The notes below the pieces were generated by a model. The model saw only the letters and a program-made list of their open reading frames with translations, searched no databases and was not told where the DNA came from. Source: a virus (lineage: Duplodnaviria; Caudoviricetes). From it: a DNA stretch of 30,971 nt. The translations under genes and the position numbers were made by a program. Positions 26,663 to 30,971 of this stretch are shown here, piece by piece. The DNA lies in the IMG/VR virus record IMGVR_UViG_3300014508_000007, positions 1 through 30,971 of that record. The stretch is one strand, 5' to 3'. Position 1 is the first letter of the stretch. Each line of letters opens with the position of its first letter.

Positions 26663-26693
26663 TTGTACAAGAAATAAATGTTGTGTAGTTTTG
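26663..26693 (+). promoter_or_regulatory. Bacteroidota housekeeping-sigma early promoter 2
   Basis: TTG-N20-TAGTTTTG; TTGTACAA overlaps the -33 element. Confidence 0.75.
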
Positions 26694-26735
26694 GGTATGC
26701 GTAAGAGATATGCATATAACCTAAAAACAAACATT

Positions 26736-26984
26736 ATGAAAACAATTACAAAATTACCAAACAGAATGAATCCTTACAAATCGTATCTAATTTTAAAGCC
26801 ATCAACAGGCGCAAGAGGGTATTTAGAATATTGCGAAGATATGGGGTATTGCCTAAAAGTGTCTTCTTCTTTTCATAATGAATTTAAAAATGAATTGCTA
26901 GTAAATAGCGAGAACTGCGTTTGGTCAAGCACTAAAGCGATAGCAGTAAAAAGAGCAAAAAAATTAGGATTTAACATTTCTTAA
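26736..26984 (+). CDS. hypothetical early protein
   Basis: MKTITKLPNRM...; ATG 26736 after promoter 2. Confidence 0.65.
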   Translation: MKTITKLPNRMNPYKSYLILKPSTGARGYLEYCEDMGYCLKVSSSFHNEFKNELLVNSENCVWSSTKAIAVKRAKKLGFNIS

Positions 26985-26989
26985 ACATT

Positions 26990-27115
26990 ATGAAAAACAC
27001 ATTTTTTAAACCAACAAACGAACCAACCCTGCACGAAAGTTTAGAGCAAACTTTCGATAGAATGACAAAAGATTGGAATGACTTTGTAGAATTTTTAAAC
27101 GACATAACAAAATGA
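26990..27115 (+). CDS. small hypothetical protein (41 aa)
   Basis: MKNTFFKPTNEPTL...; ATGA overlap with next gene. Confidence 0.55.
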   Translation: MKNTFFKPTNEPTLHESLEQTFDRMTKDWNDFVEFLNDITK

Positions 27116-27285
27116 AAGACTTAATAGAGTTTCAAAGATTTAGAATAGAAGCAATGCAAAATGAGATAGCAAAGCTGAAAAGGAGTGAAACAAGTTTAAA
27201 AAGCTATGTATTAGAGTTAGCGGATAAAGACTGTCCGAGCCAATACAAAAGAGTGGTAACTACCTTAATACTACAAGATGACTAA
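27112..27285 (+). CDS. small coiled-coil protein (57 aa)
   Basis: MKDLIEFQRFRIEAMQNEI...; tiles the gap. Confidence 0.6.
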   Translation: MKDLIEFQRFRIEAMQNEIAKLKRSETSLKSYVLELADKDCPSQYKRVVTTLILQDD

Positions 27286-27430
27286 TATAACACCAAGCAG
27301 GAGAATAGATAACGGATATTATGTAAATGGCAAAGGTGTTCTTTTAGATAATTGGGAATTTCACAAAAAAGGAAGTAGATTTACAGTTACAGAAATTAAA
27401 GCATTTGATAATTTTATAAAAGCATTATGA
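27278..27430 (+). CDS. small hypothetical protein (50 aa)
   Basis: MTNITPSRRIDNGYYVNGK...; ATGA overlap with the initiator gene. Confidence 0.55.
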   Translation: MTNITPSRRIDNGYYVNGKGVLLDNWEFHKKGSRFTVTEIKAFDNFIKAL

Positions 27431-28047
27431 AGAAAACCTACTATTTTAGCCACGATTACAACGCAAGAACTGACGTTAAAACAAAGGCGTTGATTATGGA
27501 GCTAGGTATGGAGGGTTACGGTTTGTATTGGTGTTTAATCGAGGATTTATATAACAATAATAACCAATTACCTTTAAATGTTAAGGGAATTGCTTATGAC
27601 TTGCGTACCAGCATAGGTAAGATAGAAAAGGTTTTGAACGACTTTGAATTGTTTATAATATCCAACAATATAATTAGTAACGAAAGTGTTGGAAAACGTC
27701 TTAAAATACGTGACGATAAGTCAGAGAAAGGTAGAGTATCAGCACTTAAACGCTGGGATAAGAAAAAAGGAGTGAAAAAGGTGCAAGAATTGAAACCTAA
27801 AAACAAACAAATAAAAGAGCCGATGTATCGAGTGTTTAATCATTTATCTTTATCAGTAAAAGACTTTGAAAAGCTAAAGGAAAAATATACACAAGTTCAG
27901 ATAGATAATGTTTTAGATAATATTTCTAACTTTGCACAGAATAAAAAGTATAAAAGTTTGTATATTACCGCAAATAATTGGCTTAAAAAAGATGTTGGAA
28001 GTAACAAGTCTGCAAACGATAGGCTGCGACAAAGTATAGGTTTATGA
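27427..28047 (+). CDS. replication initiator-like protein (DUF4373 / Lin1244-Lin1753-like N-terminus)
   Basis: YFSHDYNAR.D.K, GMEGYGLYWCLIEDLY; C-terminal KYKSLY.TA.NWLK. Confidence 0.75.
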   Translation: MKKTYYFSHDYNARTDVKTKALIMELGMEGYGLYWCLIEDLYNNNNQLPLNVKGIAYDLRTSIGKIEKVLNDFELFIISNNIISNESVGKRLKIRDDKSEKGRVSALKRWDKKKGVKKVQELKPKNKQIKEPMYRVFNHLSLSVKDFEKLKEKYTQVQIDNVLDNISNFAQNKKYKSLYITANNWLKKDVGSNKSANDRLRQSIGL

Positions 28048-28859
28048 TAAAAAAATATGAAACAACACCAGGCACGAAGCTAGATTTTGAGGCAATGGCT
28101 CTTGATAGCTTTATTAATGTAAAGAAAAAATTAGAATATCCGCCAGTAGCTATAAGTATAGGAGCTGCAACTTTAGGGCAAAATACATACGCAATTCCTT
28201 TTGGAACTTTCGGAAACTTTAGCTGTATAGTTGGAGCGAGTAAAAGTAAAAAGACATTTTTTAAGTCGCTAATTATAGCTTCTTTTATTGGAGGGAGCAC
28301 AACAAGAAATGCACCAAACATAAAAGGAGAAAGGGATAAAGATATGTTTATTTTAGATTTTGACACAGAGCAAGGGCAATGGCACTCGCAAAATGTATTC
28401 CAAAGGGTTGGTAAATTGGTTGGAGAAAATTACGAATACTACAAACCTTTTTATTTAAGAAAATACGATTGGAAGGAAAGACTGCAATTTATAGAGTGGT
28501 GTATTTTAGATTCAGATTATAGAAATAATATAGGATTGATTAGTATTGATGGATTTGCCGACTTAGTAAAAGATGTAAACGATTTAGAAGCTGCGAATAA
28601 TTTAACGCAAAAATTAATGAAGTGGAGTGAAGTAAGTAAAGCACATTTAACTGGGGTATTGCATAGTAATTTTGGAACATCTAAACCTACCGGACATTTG
28701 GGGTCTGCAATTTTAAAGAAAGCGGAAACGGTTTGTATGTTAGAAAGAGATGAGGTTAATGAGAAGGTTGTAAATGTTAACTTTCCTTTTACTAGAAGTT
28801 TCGGTATTGAATCTTTCCAATTTATAATAGGTAATAATGGACTACCAATCATATTATGA
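28044..28859 (+). CDS. RecA-like/AAA_25 replicative helicase
   Basis: Variant Walker A GASKSKKT, DFDTEQG, IDGFADL, VLH.N, GHLGS. Confidence 0.8.
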   Translation: MIKKYETTPGTKLDFEAMALDSFINVKKKLEYPPVAISIGAATLGQNTYAIPFGTFGNFSCIVGASKSKKTFFKSLIIASFIGGSTTRNAPNIKGERDKDMFILDFDTEQGQWHSQNVFQRVGKLVGENYEYYKPFYLRKYDWKERLQFIEWCILDSDYRNNIGLISIDGFADLVKDVNDLEAANNLTQKLMKWSEVSKAHLTGVLHSNFGTSKPTGHLGSAILKKAETVCMLERDEVNEKVVNVNFPFTRSFGIESFQFIIGNNGLPIIL

Positions 28860-29053
28860 GCGATTTAACTTTAAAAACTACGAGATTTAAAATAAAAAAC
28901 ACTATCTTTGAAATAGTTGGTACAAGTTTTGGGAAACAAGGTGTTTGGAACGCTACCGATACTATCAAAAATTTAGACAACAACCAAAGAAAAACATTTA
29001 AAAGGTCTGAATTAATTGTAATGTTAGATAAATACAAAGCTGAATTTATATGA
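28856..29053 (+). CDS. hypothetical protein
   Basis: 65 aa, ATGA overlaps. Confidence 0.6.
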   Translation: MSDLTLKTTRFKIKNTIFEIVGTSFGKQGVWNATDTIKNLDNNQRKTFKRSELIVMLDKYKAEFI

Positions 29054-29481
29054 AACCATACAAGATACTCGAAAAACAAAAGAACGTCATTGAGAAGATG
29101 CGATTTAATATGCAATTTTCTAAAAACAAAGATAGAGATGCGAATATTTTGAACACCGCAGTAGATACAGCAAACTGTTTAGAGAGCGTTTTAAACAAAG
29201 AACTAAAGTTAAGCATAGTAGATAGCCTGATTCATTCTTTAATGTATGAATATATGCTTAAAAACAAAGTGTATAACGGTGGTAGCCTTTCTTTGAATGA
29301 GATGGTGTCTAAGATAGAGTTAGGGATGAACAAAGGATATAGTAAAGAGCAAGTTGTTTCAATATTAAAAACACACGAAATGACAAACGTATTAAAATAT
29401 AAGGATATTGATAGTCATAAATTTACAGACTTTAATAAATTAATAGATAATTTAGTAACAAGTATAAAAACAGGAATATGA
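29050..29481 (+). CDS. hypothetical protein
   Basis: 143 aa, ATGA overlaps. Confidence 0.65.
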   Translation: MKPYKILEKQKNVIEKMRFNMQFSKNKDRDANILNTAVDTANCLESVLNKELKLSIVDSLIHSLMYEYMLKNKVYNGGSLSLNEMVSKIELGMNKGYSKEQVVSILKTHEMTNVLKYKDIDSHKFTDFNKLIDNLVTSIKTGI

Positions 29482-29639
29482 ACGTAGATGTAAAAATCAG
29501 CAAAGTAAATGATAACACCAGTTTATCAGAAAAAAGCTACTACAATTTAAAAATAAAGACTTACAAGCAAGTTTTTGAAGGTAAGTTTGACTGGAGTGAA
29601 TTAAGATATTTAATACAAGAGATAGATAATGGGATTTAA
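29478..29639 (+). CDS. small hypothetical protein (53 aa)
   Basis: MNVDVKISKV...WSELRYLIQEIDNGI*; tiles the gap. Confidence 0.6.
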   Translation: MNVDVKISKVNDNTSLSEKSYYNLKIKTYKQVFEGKFDWSELRYLIQEIDNGI

Positions 29640-30126
29640 AAACAGTAAATTAACAATTGAGCAACTTTTTAGTTTTATAAATGACGAGTGTATGCTTAAT
29701 ATGGCAAAAGTTACAAGGAAAAGAGAGTACACAGAGGCACGTTCTTTGTTTGCTCATATACTACACAAACACTATAACCTCAGGGATGAAATGATAGTTG
29801 GAGAGTTTTACAATTTAGGTCTAAAAACCAATAGAGCAACCGTATATCATTCACGTAGAAAGGCAGAAATGTATATGGGAAACAATCCAACTATTAAAAA
29901 AGTATATTACACGCTATATCCTTTAGAGCGAAAAGCAAAAGAAGTGTTTATTGAAGAAAAAACAGGTTTTATAAAAGACAGTCTTTACAATCTAGTAAAA
30001 GACATTCCTTTAGATAGAAGAGCAGAAGTAGAAGATAGAATCAAGATATTAATTGATAGTTGGAGTTGGAAAACAGGTATAAAAGAAAAAAATAAAAGAA
30101 CTTTGGCTTATGAAATATACACATAA
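29629..30126 (+). CDS. DnaA C-terminal-like helix-turn-helix protein
   Basis: TRKREYTEARSLFAHIL...NRATVYHS resembles DnaA domain IV (R...AR...DH.TV.H). Confidence 0.6.
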   Translation: MGFKNSKLTIEQLFSFINDECMLNMAKVTRKREYTEARSLFAHILHKHYNLRDEMIVGEFYNLGLKTNRATVYHSRRKAEMYMGNNPTIKKVYYTLYPLERKAKEVFIEEKTGFIKDSLYNLVKDIPLDRRAEVEDRIKILIDSWSWKTGIKEKNKRTLAYEIYT

Positions 30127-30193
30127 GTATAATTAAAACAGTAAAAATATACATATAAGCACCTAATTTAGGTGGTTACTAAAAAAAATAGAT

Positions 30194-30523
30194 ATGAAAT
30201 CAATAAACGTTTACACACCAGATAATTGGGTTATTTTAGAAATAAAACAAGAAGAGCAAGACCCTTTGTATAAATTATTAACAGGAGTTTCTGGAGGATA
30301 TTTGGACACTGGTAGTTGGAGAATCAATTCAGGTATTGAATCTGTTGAAGAACACGAAGATTACTATTTGTTTCATGGTTTCTCTGGGTCTATTTATAAA
30401 TGCTATACGGAATTTGAAAGAACAAGAATGAATAATGCATATATACTTGAAAAACTAATTAAAAACGAAAGAGTTAGTAGGGTAAATTATAAAGATATTA
30501 AGGAACATTTAAAAAGATTTTAA
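30194..30523 (+). CDS. hypothetical phage protein
   Basis: YTPDNWV, GGYLDTGSWRINSGI, GFSGSIYKC; ATAGATATG start context. Confidence 0.75.
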   Translation: MKSINVYTPDNWVILEIKQEEQDPLYKLLTGVSGGYLDTGSWRINSGIESVEEHEDYYLFHGFSGSIYKCYTEFERTRMNNAYILEKLIKNERVSRVNYKDIKEHLKRF

Positions 30524-30558
30524 AGATTTTACGTGGTATGCACCATTAATTTAAAACT

Positions 30559-30651
30559 AAGAAAGGGTAGTGAAGCTGTTGTTAGATAATAGGTAAGGGA
30601 TAGCCTACTCGCACAGTATCCCCGAAAGACCCGAAGCCCTTTCTTTTTTTT
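30559..30651 (+). ncRNA. putative pseudoknotted structured RNA
   Basis: Closing stem AAGAAAGGG/CCCTTTCTT, inner stems, loop GGGATA complementary to TATCCC. Confidence 0.5.
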
Positions 30652-30671
30652 AAAACTAAAACAATAAAGAT

Positions 30672-30971
30672 ATGACAGGTTTTGAAAACAAGTTGTTAGA
30701 AAAAGGATATGTGAAATATGTATTTAATAATAAAAAAAATAGTTATGAATTAGCAAAGAGGCATGTTATATCTACTATGGTAAATTTAGCACATTTTTAC
30801 ATCCACAAATCTAACAACACATCACTAGGTAGTAATACTAAAAATGTTATTTGTTTTGGACTACACGAAGTAGGAAAGCCACCTACATTGATATATCCAA
30901 GACCTAGTATAAGTGTAAAAAGGAATAGACATATTAATAATGAGGAGTGTATTGTTATAGAGAACGAGATG
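30672..30971 (+). CDS. hypothetical protein (partial, runs off the end)
   Basis: Open frame MTGFENKLLEKGY...FGLHEVGKPPTLIYPRP... to the window end. Confidence 0.7.
   Translation, partial: MTGFENKLLEKGYVKYVFNNKKNSYELAKRHVISTMVNLAHFYIHKSNNTSLGSNTKNVICFGLHEVGKPPTLIYPRPSISVKRNRHINNEECIVIENEM

Noticed and set aside
28230-28260. Degenerate Walker A (GASKSKKT) as a sign of an inactive helicase
   Set aside because: The other motifs are intact, so it is more likely a family variant
1540-29115. All minus-strand ORFs in the supplied track (e.g. 12281-12763, 12926-13378, 5512-5952)
   Set aside because: They are shadows of well-supported + strand genes with Ser/Leu/Phe-rich antisense composition and no motifs
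30672-30971. Window end and start are in frame (…ENEM / GLRR…), suggesting circularity
   Set aside because: No terminal repeat is visible and a frame match has a 1-in-3 chance; it cannot be supported
1-30971. Stop-codon reassignment (alternative genetic code)
   Set aside because: Core genes are uninterrupted in code 11, and TAA, TAG and TGA all terminate genes at sensible junctions

Overview
The window is most of the genome of an AT-rich tailed dsDNA phage (siphovirus-type). It most likely infects Bacteroidota (Flavobacteriia), based on TTG-N19/20-TAnnTTTG promoters, A-rich translation starts without Shine-Dalgarno sequences, and DUF3127/DUF4373-like genes. All credible genes lie on the + strand. 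The order is: accessory small-gene region with structured RNA (1-2550); putative spanin, metallophosphoesterase and DUF3310 genes; ECF-like sigma factor; TerS/TerL; tail module with a frameshifted chaperone and tape measure; XkdF-like prohead protease, head fibre, putative internal protein, scaffold, MCP, tail tube, portal, adaptor, fibre; lysis cassette; non-coding control/origin region (23340-24020); two early operons (recombination/replication); more accessory genes. No integrase, repressor or DNA polymerase was recognised. The main leads are: (1) a putative capsid-cargo system in which an N-terminal mimic of the scaffold C-terminus and a shared QKVELG motif mark helical proteins, one fused to the protease; (2) a promoter-terminator-bounded sRNA complementary to the start codons of the first genes of both early operons; (3) a five-copy late-promoter motif; (4) two highly structured non-coding RNAs; (5) an iteron-like origin separated from its initiator gene. 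Family names come from motif recognition by eye, not database searches.
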